From NCBI RefSeq assembly GCF_964355755.1, contig NC_092678.1, forward strand, positions 20,105,365 through 20,169,364: 64,000 nucleotides of DNA, in the 5' to 3' direction. The DNA is from Antedon mediterranea. Its lineage: Eukaryota > Animalia > Echinodermata. Position 1 is the first letter of the stretch. Each line of letters begins with the position of its first letter. Position numbers and translations under genes: made by a program. This document shows positions 11,635 through 25,278 of the stretch, one piece after another. The notes below the pieces were generated by a model that worked only from the letters and a program-made list of their open reading frames with translations, did not search any database and was not told where the DNA came from.

Positions 11635-13515
11635 TATTTACAACCGGAAATATTAGCGCCTCCTATAGTTGATTTCTTAATACGCGTAAGAAATGATACT
11701 TTTCTTGTGAGTATCATTGCATTTAATACCATGTTTACAGGATTAAAAAAGTGTATGCATGACATTTCTAAACATTAATATCAGTAACATTGCCAAATTT
11801 GTATAGACCCACAGTTTTCGGAAGCAAGTAGCAGAATTTAGGCATATCAAAACAGAGAGAACTAAATTACCGGTCAGGTCTTGGTAAATAGGGAAGTGGA
11901 ATGAATGCTGATGGCCTGGGGCATAGCTTTGGTTTAGACTTTAAGTAGAGACATCAGTTAATTCATGTAACTATGACCGCTTCATGCTAACTATATAAAC
12001 ATAAACTGAGTTTCAATCAGTTTTGATAATACGCTTTTGTTGTGAAATTACACTTCATTTTTAGGTACGTGTCTGTGTCAGTGAACCTGATACATTGTGT
12101 ATGATTCATTTGAATTTATTGTTTTTTTAGTCTGTAAACGATGAAAACAAATAATTATTAAGAAAAATTAATTACACACACCGGTATATAAATAAACAAA
12201 ACCATAATGTTTCGGCTGGGACAAATTATTATATTTGATTTGTTTTAAAGAAGGTTCATGGTCGAACACTATAGATTTTCTGTTATTTATTTTTCATGTA
12301 ATTCATATTCAAAAAATTATGAATATATTAAAATTATTCAATCAATAATACATTTATTTCCACTTCGAAACATAGGAAGAGTGTAGTGGCTAAATAAGTA
12401 ATAGACACAATTATAAAGGGTTATGCCTATTTTTAAATGTAAGATAGTATAAACTGTTGAAACCCCAAACGGAAACATAGCGCCCCTATAGTTTATGCCT
12501 TAACACGTTATAAACAAAATCGCGTATTATATCAAAATGTTTAACACCAAGTTTACCAGGGGTAAATAAAATATATACACGACATTTTTCAAATGTTTGC
12601 AAGATAAGGTAGACTGTTTAAAAACTCCATTCATCATTATTTACAACCGGAAATATAGCGCCCCTATAGTTTATGTTTTAATACATTAAAAAATTGAAAA
12701 TTCATTATCTTTAATACCACTGTAATATCTTTATCTCAAAATTGCATATGCATGACATTTTTACAAATGTTTGTAATAAAATGTAATCTTTTAAAACCTA
12801 TAATCATTATCTCCAACCGGAAATATAGCGCCTCCTATAGTTTTGGTCTTTTAAGTAATAAACTATAGGAGGCGCTATATTTCCGGTTGGAGATAAAGAT
12901 TATTAAAATACGTTAGAAAGAAATCATTGCGTTTAATAGTATGTTTACCAGGGTAAAAAAAAGTATATGTATGGTATTTAAAAAAAAATGTTGTAAGATA
13001 ATTTAGACTGTTAAAACTCCATTAATCATATTCACTACCGAAAATGTAGCGCCTCCAATAGTTTATATCTTAATACTTTTTAGACAGAAATGGTACATTG
13101 ATATCATTTAATACAACTGTATCTTTGTTAAAATGACATTTCTAAAAATGTTTGTGTGAGATAATATCGACTGTGTTAAAACCCAATTAATCATTATTTA
13201 CAACCGGAAATATAGCGCCCCTATAGTTTATGTTTTAATACATTAGAAAATTGAAAATTCATTATCTTTAATACCACTGTAATATCTTTATCTTAAAATT
13301 GTATATGCATGGTTTATTTTCTTAATATTTTAGAAAGAAATTACACTTTTTTGTGTATCATTGCGTTGAATACCGAGTTTACCATGTGAGTAAAAAGGTG
13401 TATAAATGCCATTTCTAAACATGTTTGCAAAATAAGGTAGACATTTAAAAGCCCTTATCATTTATATATAATATGGCTCTGGTACAACCGGAAATACAGC
13501 GCCTCCTATAATGTA
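11635..13515. repeat. Diverged ~170-190-bp tandem repeat with a conserved core CAACCGGAAATATAGCGCC(T/C)C(C)TATAG
   Basis: Core copies at ~11641, 12469, 12644, 12814, 13037, 13201 and 13485, plus an inverted copy at 12861-12890. Confidence 0.85.
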
Positions 13516-14872
13516 TGTCTCATAAAGAAAATGATAAACTGTGGATTATGCTCTTCATTATTATTTCTGATGAAAATACTTCTTCGACCTATTGTATATT
13601 ACCTTATGGATATTTTGCCTTTTAGACACGTTGTAAATTTATTGTTCAAGAGTTATTCATTCTGTTAATGTTACAGATACGGGTATTATATCGTACGGCT
13701 GACACACATTAAGTAACCTCTATTAGGCATTTATGATTTGTCGATTAAATAATATATCAACAACATTACTTAGTGTCACCCGGTCAATAGTTTTTTTACG
13801 CTGTGTTTCTATTTCAGATATTAGTATAATGTATGTTTAACTGTCCCTCATTTAACCTAAGATAATTTTTTAGTAAATGTAATAGGCGTAGTTTTTTTTA
13901 GAAACACAGACAATGGCACTAACTTGTTGATTGAGAGATTGAGAATTGAGAAGAAAACTGGTAAAATATTCAATTGCGAAGTTACTCTTCGACCACGCCC
14001 GGTCTCGGGACCAGTAACATATAGGTTTCACTTACTCAGCACAACAAAATGCAGAGAAGAAAAAAAAAAATGCCTATAGAAAAACACTAAGGTGAATTGT
14101 TATATAGGTTCCCCTTTAACATCTGATCTATTAGGATATATTTTCCTTAAGAACATTAGCTTAACATTTTTTATGCGTACATTTCAAAACTGAGGTACTC
14201 GCGAGTATTGCGAGTAACATTATAGGCGTACGCACTACATAGCACTTCGTCCTTGTCCTTGTTGTGTGATATGCGTGTAACATGTGTATGTCAGGCACAC
14301 ACCAGTTATACTATGAAGGAATGCAAGCATGCGTCTTTGCCACCTAATCTAAGCCTCTCAATAGTACTGCATTTTAATCATGATAATAATTATAGTAATA
14401 CCTTACCGATATAAGTACCGTAGTGCATGTATGCATGACCTAATACAATATTGTCTGTTAGGATTTCTCATTATACAAATTACCAATGCGAGGATACGGC
14501 ATCTTACGGTAAATGATAGACAAGGGAAATCACACTTCATTGACCGGCTGATCGTAGTCTTTTAGGTATGAAGGAATCAAACTCGGAGCCTCTAAAGTGG
14601 TTATACAATTATTTTAATTGCAGGCCTTTCGGCTCTTTAATGCTTGAGTGTCATCTCTTAGAACTTTAATTAATTAAATATAGTTCCCACAAAGCGTTTA
14701 CAAGTTCAGCAGACGTTCAGACATGACTGACGACGCGCGCGTTTTTGTCATGAGGAGACACAATGAAAGTGAAGCGCGCGTTTTCGTCATGATGAGACAC
14801 AATGCAAGTGACGCGCGCGTTCAAACATTGGTGATAGAGTAATTTAGATTTTGCGACGACCTTAATGGCCTA

Positions 14873-15011
14873 AGCTCTTTCTAGACTATCAAATTTTATG
14901 TGACAAACTAGTGTGATGTGCCAATATATGGACATGATGATGTCATATCACTACCATATTTAGGCGCATCACATTTTTTTGTCACACTAATTTGATAGTG
15001 TAGACAGAGCT
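14873..15011. mobile_element. Harbinger-like MITE family A
   Basis: TIR AGCTCTGTCTACACTATCAAA (left TIR degenerate), right flank TTA. Confidence 0.8.
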
Positions 15012-15444
15012 TTAGACATATGATTCATACTACTACATTGGGCTGGAAATTATTGTCAAGTCGTCGGATCCAATTTGATCGAATTTAGGTCTAGGTTGCG
15101 ACCTTGGATATCCACAGTTACGCATTTGAACTGTTTTTGTGGTCGTTACAAGAGTTTTCAGTGCTGGACGAGAAATTGAACAAATAACGTAATACATAAT
15201 TTACAATAACCTAGGTGGTCACAAACAATTGAACAAATGACGCAATACATAATTTACAACATATTAGGGGTCACAAATCGGAAACTCCCTCAGAAAATCC
15301 GACATTTGTAAGCACATGTCAACGTTGTATATCTTTATGATGGCACTCTGCATCACGTATTTAATGCGTCAAATAAAAGAGGTGGGCTCGAGCTGTCGTG
15401 AATACACGGCGCCTACATCCATCTAACATCATCATACCAAACGT

Positions 15445-15452
<8 letters not shown>

Positions 15453-15486
<34 letters not shown>
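15453..15486. repeat. (TA)n microsatellite
   Basis: Perfect TA run. Confidence 0.95.
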
Positions 15487-15488
<2 letters not shown>

Positions 15489-16014
15489 TCATGACCAACG
15501 TTTTAGCCTTCCATATAATTAAATATACATGTGTTTTTGTGAATAATTGTCTAATGAGACGCTGTAATTACATAGTTGTCATTATTCCATCTGGGATCAA
15601 CTTAATTTGTGACAGATCTAATCATATGTGTGCTTTTACATATTAAGCGTCACATTGCATGGGAAATGGGAACATTACTACACTTATTTATCAACTGCGC
15701 ATGTACGTATGACGTAATTCTCCCTGCACAACATTTTCAGCATTATAATACAAAGTACCATCATTCACAGTGGGACATTTTAACTGCGCATGTGCGAACG
15801 AGTAACGGATATTGCCTACCGTACCAGTGCATCTTGAAGTCATTATTATAAATTATTAAAACATAACTCCGCTTCATTAATAAGTAATTATATTATTATA
15901 ACCTAGCCATCCTATTTGCCGAGAAAGCACTGACCGTTACAAACATGTGTCATGTTCTCCATTCTTTAGAAAATAATTGTTAGTTAAAATTAATTAAAGT
16001 TGAGGACATAAATT

Positions 16015-16610
16015 TGTGACGTGTTAGTGTAAACATGACGCGTTAGTGCATCATAAACGTGTCTGTGTACACATCATTTATGACGTGTCTCTGTAAACAT
16101 ATATGAGGTGTTAGTGTAAACGTATTACGTGTTAATGTAAACTTACGGCGTTTTGGTGTAACATATGACGTGTTTATATACATATATAACGTATTAGTGT
16201 AAACATATTACGTGTTGGTGTAAACATATTACGTGTTAGTGTAAACATAACGTGTTAGTGTAAACATATTACGTGTTAATTTAAATATATGCCGTGTTAG
16301 TGTATACGTATGACGAGATTGTGTAAACATACGACTGTTGTCAATGACGTGTTAGTGTAAAAATATTACGTGTTAGTGTAAACACATTACGTGTATAACG
16401 TGTTAGTGTAATTATATTACGTGTTAGTGTAAACAGATGACGTGTTAATGTAAATACATGACGTGTATGTTTAAACATAAAGACAATTATATGACGTATT
16501 AGTGTAAACTGGTGACGTGTTAGTGTAACTGACGTGTTTATGCAAACATGTTTGTGTTAAACTATGATGTATTACTTTAAACACATGACGTGTTACAGTG
16601 AACATGTGTT
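16015..16610. repeat. ~21-bp minisatellite, consensus ACGTGTTAGTGTAAACATAT(T/G)
   Basis: More than 20 degenerate tandem units visible. Confidence 0.9.
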
Positions 16611-16649
16611 ATTTTATTTTATTTTTATTTATTATTTATTTATTCAACT

Positions 16650-16880
16650 TCTCACTAACACTGTTAGTGAAGGATCGGGACGAACAGGTGGTAAACACCT
16701 CTAAAACGGTCCAGTCCCAATTTGCACAGTGGCTGTGTGTGACAGTGGCTGTGTTTGTGTGGACTAGTACACCGGGGTAACCCCCTACTCGTCTCGAAAG
16801 ATGTACTAGGTTCTTTAAAGTGCACATGAGCTACGTGTACACTGGACCTACGGTTTATAGTCTTTATCCGAGAAACTAAA
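16650..16880 (-). mobile_element. SINE body fragment with an invertebrate conserved-core (Nin-like) motif
   Basis: GGTTCTTTAAAGTGCAC...GGACCTACGGTTTATAGTCTTTATCCGAG resembles, from memory, the reverse complement of marine-invertebrate tRNA-SINE cores; related copy at ~49080-49165. Confidence 0.5.
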
Positions 16881-16889
16881 TAATTCTAC

Positions 16890-17270
16890 TTAGTGTTATT
16901 AGTTAGGAAGTTTCAGAATGGTGAGAATTAAGTTTCCCGAATGCCAATTATCTTTTTAATAAGAATAGTGATGGTCAAGATGAAAGGCTTCAGCAAAATC
17001 AATTATGCAAAGTTTAACATAATTTCCTCAACACTCAGCATCTCTAAGAACCGTATAAATCATGGTATTAGATCATTATTCTCAAGTGGATTATGTCAAA
17101 AGATTGTTTAAGATCTAAAGAATGCATAATGTTTAAAATAAAATCTTTATACCCATCTCTCTATGAGTGAGGGAATTTAACGTTGAAATGTGGGCGAATT
17201 GACCAGCCTAGATTCTTAATCTAATGGATGACGCTCTTTTTCGGATAATGATAGGCCTGTAAGTGGTAGA
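16890..17270 (-). pseudogene. Decayed non-LTR retrotransposon reverse-transcriptase fragment (CR1/L2-like)
   Basis: Manual minus-strand translation gives YVKLCIIDFAEAFHLDHH (cf. DFSKAFD.VDH), a downstream NFLTN and an upstream RP.IS-like motif; frameshifted. Confidence 0.6.
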
Positions 17271-17334
17271 TAGATATTATAATCTTTTATACAAGCCTGG
17301 GTTATTATTGTTAGATAGATTGTTGATAGCCTTT

Positions 17335-17650
17335 TATATAACACCTATATAAATTCCTGTCATTTGATTGGACGAATGTGGGTCACATGGCGTGCAATAG
17401 TACGCACTATTCAACGATCGTTAAATAGTACTTTTTGAAACATTTTTGTGTACGAAAAAAAAACGTCTAGATGTTATATAAAACAAATAATGAATGTTTT
17501 GTATTCGTGTGATGGTACAAATAATGGCACTTGGTGAATGATGAAAGGTTATATCAACTCGGCTTTGCCTCGTTGATATAACCTTTCATCATTCACCTCG
17601 TGCCATTATTTGTACCATTGCACTCATAAACATTCATTATTTGTATAATA
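17335..17650 (+). mobile_element. Non-autonomous element with a long subterminal hairpin (Crypton-like)
   Basis: ~75-bp inverted arms at 17484-17643 around the loop TCGGCTTTGCCTC; an inverted, degenerate relative lies at ~58130-58570. Confidence 0.6.
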
Positions 17651-19509
17651 TTTGATTAACTTAGTAAGTTGACCTAGGCCTACATAAAAGAGTTTATAGT
17701 ATTTCTACCCCTTTTAGGCCTATATATAAATAGTTTATTATGTTATATTATATTTAGTGACGTCATGTTTTAGATTTATACAGACGAATATGATGTAATC
17801 ACGTTAGTCTGGCAGGTGGTGTAGATATAGTTATAATAATTAGTTCGAAAAGGCTTCCTAATAATAATTAAGCAATAATAAAAAAATATATAATACACAA
17901 CGTTATCATGGCAAGACTATGCACACATTATCATTACAAACCCATTCATATTATATGCTATATACACAAGCATGAGTGGATATTCGATTAATGTATACAT
18001 ATTTAACATACATTAATATATGTATGTTGCTTTATTTAACCAGCGTAATATTTCGATTCCCAATACAATGTCATGACTCTACATAATAATCAAAGAATAT
18101 TTTGCTGCCATTTCGAATCAAGTACGCATGCAACGAAGCTGAAATTGTGATTTTAGTTTCTCTGGAAAATGATTTGTAATTTTGAACGATCTAGATTCAG
18201 TTGACTTGTATAGTCAATGTATGTTACATTATATCATATATTCAGTGATTATTCAAGGGCGCATATATTTTAATCTATGTTTTAAAATTGATATATGATA
18301 CTATTATACTATATTGCACTGCTATAAACATTATTGTGCTTAAATGCTTTTTATTCATTTTTTCATTTCATTTCACAAAACATATTATCATTACTATACT
18401 ATATTGCACTGCTAAAAGAATGTTGTGCTATAATGGACTTTGATTTTTTTTAAATGGTAATACTTTTTGTATAGAATTATAATAATTATATAATTTTTAA
18501 AAGGTAATAATGATAATGTCATTTCCATTGTACTTTATTGCACTGCGTTACAAATATTGTGCTATAAAGGCTTTAGATTTAAATAATATTCTGGAACTAG
18601 ACATTCAATAGATTCGTATGACTCGTGAGTCTAGCTATAGTCTGTGTAGGGTTATACTAACTATGTCTCTACCTCATGGATCGCAAACATTTCAAAGTAT
18701 GGCAAGCCAATGCATGTCTGTAATATTGTCTACAGTTTTATTTCAACTTTGTGTGTGATTCATAATTACATAATTTAGGCCACATTATTCCACAAGATTG
18801 GTTCAGCATTGTTATTTATATTGCTACTGTATATCCTATCGATCATAACCAATTCGTCTGTGTTTAATTTTGTTTAATTAATAAGACTATGTCTTTTTGA
18901 AGTGATTCGAGCGTGATATAAGAGGCGGTCGACCTTTACAAACCTAGTAATGCTAGACTTACCGATCTTACAATGTTAATTTGTTTACTTACAAACGTGT
19001 CGATAGCCAAATCGTTATTTCAACAAACTTCTCTAGTCTAATTTTACATGTTTTGACAATTGTGCTATTTGACCATATGAGTTTATTTTAACTGAACAAC
19101 ACATAGTGTATGTATATAACGTGCCTTAAACCAAAACAATATAATTTAGTTTGGCGGTACTGGTCTAATCAAGGATTATACCATTATGCTGTTTTTTGCA
19201 CGTTGGTTGATCAAACCCGTTAGATTATTCTGTAGCATAGGACGTTGCATTAACATTGAAAATTTTCATCTGATTTGAGGATACGATATTTTAAAAAAGA
19301 TATTAAAAATAAGGTTGCATTAACATTTAAGACAAGCGAGCAACTCGCATAATATAATTCATGGAAACAGTTCGAGTGTTCATTCCATTAATGCCGTTTC
19401 CCCGTACTTCGTATAACATTTACGTTTAACCTCGCGTATCGCACGAAGATTACACGCGTTTAATAGATAATGGCGATTAATGAACGGTAGCTAGTTGATT
19501 GCTAAAGAG

Positions 19510-19662
19510 TAGTCTGGGTTCCAGACGAAGATTTGACTTAATGTAAATGTGGTACATTAATATTAGTTAAAAGATAAATATTTTGGCACACATGGCGTTT
19601 CATACGTGTACTAGACAAACATTGAAAACCCTTGAAATAACTACAGACTATGGACAAGTCTA
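19510..19662 (+). mobile_element. Short TAG...CTA element (Academ-like family)
   Basis: Starts TAGTCTGGGTTCCAGACG and ends CAAGTCTA, like the 63603-63704 copy; no TSD visible here. Confidence 0.55.
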
Positions 19663-19994
19663 CGGTAGCTAACGAGTATATTTTAGATTAAACCTAAGAA
19701 TAACTCATTTTGTTTAAATTGAATAACTGGTTTATATTATTATTATACAGATAACCAAAAATCAAATTACTTTATTTCCTTGCAACATAATATTAGTAGT
19801 TTAGACAACGAGAGCGTATATTATCGTTATCCTCAAGGCAAAGTTAGTAATGATATTGTTGGTCGTAAATATATCCTAATTGGTACTGAGAGTAATTGAA
19901 ATAAAAAGAAGTTTACCTTTATTCATTTCATACTCAACTGCGAGCACAAACTCGCCAGTTACAGGATGAGATAAACTAGTATATAGTATATCAT

Positions 19995-20122
19995 GCTTAT
20001 AATCTAAGTCTCATTTGAGGCTTAGGGAATGGAATTGAAAGAGTCGTGAGTAACGACTCTGCTGGCACTAGGTCAAGATTGAACCACGGACCTTGGGATT
20101 GGAAGGCAAGCATATTAACCAC
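19995..20122 (-). mobile_element. tRNA-derived SINE fragment
   Basis: Minus strand GTGGTTAATATGCTTGCCTTCCAATCCCAAGGTCCGTGGTTCAATC gives a tRNA-like head with a B-box-like motif. Confidence 0.55.
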
Positions 20123-20662
20123 CTTTTATTTATTTATTTAATTCTAATATCTTTATCCGGGGTAACACAATGGGGTAAAGAAAAACCTGTTTTACATCCT
20201 GGTCCTCATTAGTTTAGTGGAAATTAGTTTCGTGAAAAAGCGTCCTTATCTGGGCAAAGATTCGTTTAAAGTTCTGTTCAAATAATAACATATATATTTA
20301 CCTTGTTTTAGTGAGCATATGAAATCAGTGGTAAAACGTATTTTCCTCATCAGTAAGATTTACAGATCTCTTGTTGATAATCAATTTGTTAGAACATTTG
20401 AAATGTCCGTTGCATACCACTAGTGCCTCAAAAGTGATACTCGTCTTGTAAGTGGTTTGTATACAATGTAACACTGGAAGACAACAAAACTAATTGATAT
20501 ATCTGCAGTGTGCAACGTGAGTTGCGTCACCGAAAGTGCGTCGACAAGGAGTTTTTGATGATTCCCAGAAATCTATGATCATGCGCAGAACGTTAAACTC
20601 AAACCTGGGTAGTTTAGTGCGGCGTTAATAAAACTGAATACGGACTCCAAAAATTGACCAAC

Positions 20663-20840
20663 TTTAGGACAATTTACACGGACGACGAATGGTAACCGTT
20701 AGCGGAAAACCGCGGAGCTTGTCTGACGTAGAATCTGTATCTATCCTAAATAGACCGTTCGCTTATAAATGGTTATAGGCCTGACATATATTCTGTATTT
20801 TGTATTACCATTACCCCTCGTCTGTGTCAATTGGCCTTTA
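20663..20840. mobile_element. MITE family D (Harbinger-like)
   Basis: Imperfect TIRs TTTACACGGACGA...TCGTCTGTGTCAATTGGCCT; homologous to 44192-44382. Confidence 0.65.
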
Positions 20841-22549
20841 CAGTACTGATTATACCATTTTTACTTTTGTCACTCGAACCGTACAGTGTTGATATCATAG
20901 AAGATAAATGTTAATAAAAAAACAGGATAGAATCACGGAATAATAATTACTATAAGGTTTATACGTACGCGTCGTGACGTTTTCTCCCAAACCCTTCCCA
21001 CCATGCGTCGCACACGATATTTGCGATAAACCTTATTACTACTCATTGGTAGGGGCTATTTTCCGGTTCCATATTGTTGTTCCATATTGTTTATATTCAA
21101 GTCCTCAATTGCATAATAATAACATGAAGGAATTCCTCAATGCTCACTACCTTGCATTAAGAAACAAACTGCCTCGTTGATGAGGTGTTTAATTATATAA
21201 TTAGTTTCATAATTAAATTATAAATACATTGTTTAATTCCTTATAATGGTTACGTTGCATATTTAAATTAGGATGCAAAATCGCCAGTGTCAAAAAGTGG
21301 TTGACGCGCGCGTGCCTTTATTGTTGCCTGAGTTTGACCGCGCTCGTGACGTTTTGTTTACGCGATCGCGCTGTCGCCCAGATGAGATATTCGTAACATT
21401 ATCGAGAAATCAATCTTCGACCTTATAAAAATAAAAATGAAAAATAAATGAACAGGAATCCGATCCATTTGTACACAGCCAGCGATATAAATTCAACGTT
21501 GCATTTATTGCGTCGAAAACATGCAATGTATCATATTATTGTAACTCACATTACACTACTCAGACAACCTTATTGAATATCCAACGTTTTGCTGAGGTTC
21601 AACGCAGGTGAATTGGATTTTTTATTCAGAATATTCAGAAATAAGAACATTATAAAGCTGATAAAGCTTAGTTTAATAGATTTGTTTCGTGGACTGCGTT
21701 AAACACATCATGCATTCTGCGGTTTCCTTTAATTGAATAAAATAAATTAAACAGTAAAACCTTAATAATAATCATGTTTAAAGTATTGTTGACGATATGA
21801 ATAGGCTATTAATAAAATTTAATGGCATAACCCAACCTAAATGTAAATCCGATTATCACTATCCTATACAAATTGGTTAATACATTATAATTATGTATTG
21901 CCTATTATGTGACGCCTCTGTTATAGACCGAACCTAACCTACCCCAATTTTAATGAATTATTCATGATTTCTGCCTTAATTAGATAGGAAAAAAAATAAT
22001 GCATCCGGGCCAATGCACAGAAAACAAAGTAATTATACTATCCTATTTGGCAAATGTTTTGAAAAGTATATTTCCATGTTAAAAAATGACATGCTCTTTT
22101 CTCTAAGTTTTAATTTAAATTTATGAATTTTGATTGATAGCGATTAAATCGTACATTCACACTTCGTATATTAAACGAACGGATTAAATGAGAAAAATGA
22201 TACAAAGTGCTCGGTTCATTATTCTTGTAATTATGATGTAATTACGTACAAAACGTAGACAAAGTGTTAAATAATATTTTATATACACATATAATACATC
22301 TGAAGGGAATGAACACTGTCCAGGTTCAAAGGTCATATATCTGATATCGAAGTGTAGCATAGTTTTCCAATTCCGTAATAATTTGTACGGCACGCGAGAT
22401 TATATTATAACCCAACACGCACGCTTATAACAAGTTTTTAAGTAAATTTGAGTCCGGGTTTACATTTAGTAATTGAGTCGCTCAAATAGTATTTAATAAA
22501 TAGAATCTAAATAAACAAGTAATATTAGTACTGCCACAAAGAAAAGAGA

Positions 22550-22745
22550 GTACGCGCGCGTTCAAATGTCGATGAATATAATGTGTATAAATACGCGCGC
22601 GCCACCAAATGGCGGTAGAAGAATGTTTTTGCCTTTTTTACGCGCGCGTTCAAACACTGATGATGAATGTGTACTTCTTTATACGCGCGCGTTCAAACAC
22701 TGATAAATATTTACAACTTTGTACGCGCATTCAAATGCTGATAAA
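22550..22745. repeat. Short tandem repeat with core TACGCGCGCGTTCAAA
   Basis: About five units spaced ~40-45 bp apart; related CGCG clusters at 14730-14830 and 26440-26630. Confidence 0.7.
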
Positions 22746-23934
22746 ATAGATAATTATATTTGTCTTGTTCGTAAGTGTCACTGAAGATAACAGCCACTAA
22801 AATTAAAACTAAGCCCTGGCAAGGCCTCCAAGTAAACCTTCATAATCGACCTGATTTATGATACTATTACTGCTTCGTATTAGGTGATTGGTTATTTAGG
22901 TATTCATTTTAAGTATGATGCGTTATGAGTTCGTCCATATTTATAGTCAAAGCATTCATTTCTTTAAGTAACATATCGTAGTTGCTGGTATTATAATTAT
23001 TATTAAGACGCTGGCTATTTAACAATCGCAATGATATGATAAAATTATATATTAACAAAACACTGGCCTAGTGTTAGGTTTTACAAAAGCTAGAAATGTT
23101 TTCTTGATGTTTTTTTTTTAATGGGAAATAAAGTAAATGGGAGTAGGCTATGTTTGTGTATCTTTTTTTTTCGAGATGAGTGATATAGACTTCGAGTATC
23201 ATTTCAAACATTTTAATCTCAACTAATTCGTAGTCTTGAATCGAATCAACCCATCTTTCCTTTGCCGGTGACCGCGCCCCATAAATTATTTGAAATAGAA
23301 AGCCGCAAAGTAAGAGAAAATGGTGTCAAAAATTGTGACCGGCCTATAGTTATTATTATTTATGCACGTGTTGTTTCATTTAACTTGATCGTGATATTTT
23401 TTTAAGCCTTTTGAGCACAAAGTTTGTTTAGGCGAATATTTACTTCCATTAACATTTTGACATTAACATTATAATGTAGTAATGTTTATTGAGATGTCTG
23501 AGTTGTAATGGCTGTCAAGGGTTATTACCTTCTGATAAACGGGATAAAAGAAGACCTACTACCAAATTGGAAATTTGAATTAGGAGGTCATAGAGCATAA
23601 CTCATCTATGATCGTTGTCTTTTCTTATCTCTTTCGCTTAATTCCGGGTTATTTTTTTCTTTCTTGTACTTTCCAATTTCCGATTACATCCATTTCGAGT
23701 TTTAATTACAGTTAGGCCTAATTAGACATTCCATGACGTAATTTCGAAAACGAACGTACCCATTAATTTTTGAAGATGGACATTTATTACACATTCCGTA
23801 ATTTGCGATTACTTCCACAAAGAAGCATTTTAGTTAATCCAGGGAGTTGTTATTAGACAACTCCCTGGTTAATCAATACAATAGCCCGTCAAAATGAAGA
23901 CAGCAGCATACTCATACGCATACTGTCTGTATTC

Positions 23935-24320
23935 AGTTAGTGTTGGGATTAGGATTAGTGTTGGGATTATGATTAGGGTTAGGATTAGTGTTACGATTAG
24001 TGTTAGGATTCGGATTAGTGTTACGATTAGTGTTATGATTGGGATTAGTGTTACGATTAGTGTTAGGATTAATGTTAGGATTAGGATTAGTTTTAGGATT
24101 AGTGTTATGATTAATGTTAGGATTAGTGTTATGATTAAAATTAGGATTAGTGTTTACTGTTACTAGTCCTACGATTAGTGTTTGGATTAGGATTAGTGAT
24201 TATGATTTGTATTATTATTAATATTAGGATTTAGCTTAGAATTAGTGTTATGATTAGGGTTATGATTAGTGTTAGGAGTAATATTAATACTTCGGATTAA
24301 GATTACTTAGGATTAGTGTA
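23935..24320 (+). repeat. Degenerate telomere-like hexamer array (TTAGTG/TTAGGA/TTACGA/TTAGGG)
   Basis: Six-bp periodicity over ~385 bp; explains the spurious ORF 23894-24166. Confidence 0.9.
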
Positions 24321-25278
24321 TTCATATTGATGGCCCGAATATATCTCGCATGCCAGGAATGATCTGTTTCAGTCTTGAGGGTTTCGATTTACTACTTACA
24401 CTCATGTATGAATTATCATTTACCACACCGAGTGGCCTCTTTCTAAATTCTGCAAAATTTAATTCTAAATGATTGTACTGAATTATTTTCTCGAGATTGT
24501 ATTTTATGTTTTCTATGATGTTATCTTCTTGAATAAACGCCAATATTTGTCAGTCATTCATGTTGTGTTTAACCTGAATAAATCAATATTTAAACCAACA
24601 TTAATGTATGAATGAATGCATGAATGAATTTTTTTTCATGAGTACTCGAAACACTCGAATCGCTGCTATATCAACAACGTTTGCCACGACAGTCATCTAG
24701 CTTAAGTATCAGTCATTTTTCAAACAGTAATTGAAATTGTCGTCTATATTAATTTGTCATAAATATCTATGTATGTTCTTTGTTATAGAAGTCATTTTTT
24801 GTTTATTTTAATCAGTTCGGACATTATTATGCAGATTGACAAGAATATAGAAATACGCATATTAATTCTTTTTATACCTCATAATACACTCGTCTACGAC
24901 AGGTTAATAAATATTAGTTAATACATTATTTGATATTAGTTGTTGATGATAGGTATGGAAGGCGCAAACTGAAAAAAACACCTGATTCAGATTAAGAATT
25001 AACGTAAATTCCTTCACGTAGAATTAAGAATTTGTTCGATTATTTTTACTTTAATTCATTTTGACAAAGAAACGCTTAATAGCCACGTGATTCCTTACAA
25101 CGCGCCCACGTGACGTTCATGTTAAAACATTTGTAATGTTAAATATGTTACAGTAGCGTACGTTACTGTATATGCATTAAAATAGTGTGCATTGCCATAC
25201 ATTTTATATATTCGTTTGCTACTAAAATATATTAGTAATTACAACATTCTCCATGACTTAATACCGTATCTGTACTAA

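Noticed and set aside
11635-13515. CRISPR-like repeat-spacer appearance
   Set aside because: Spacers are ~150 bp and homologous to each other, no cas genes are present, and the context is eukaryotic.
23894-24166. ORF rich in I/S/V/R
   Set aside because: Translation of the hexamer repeat.
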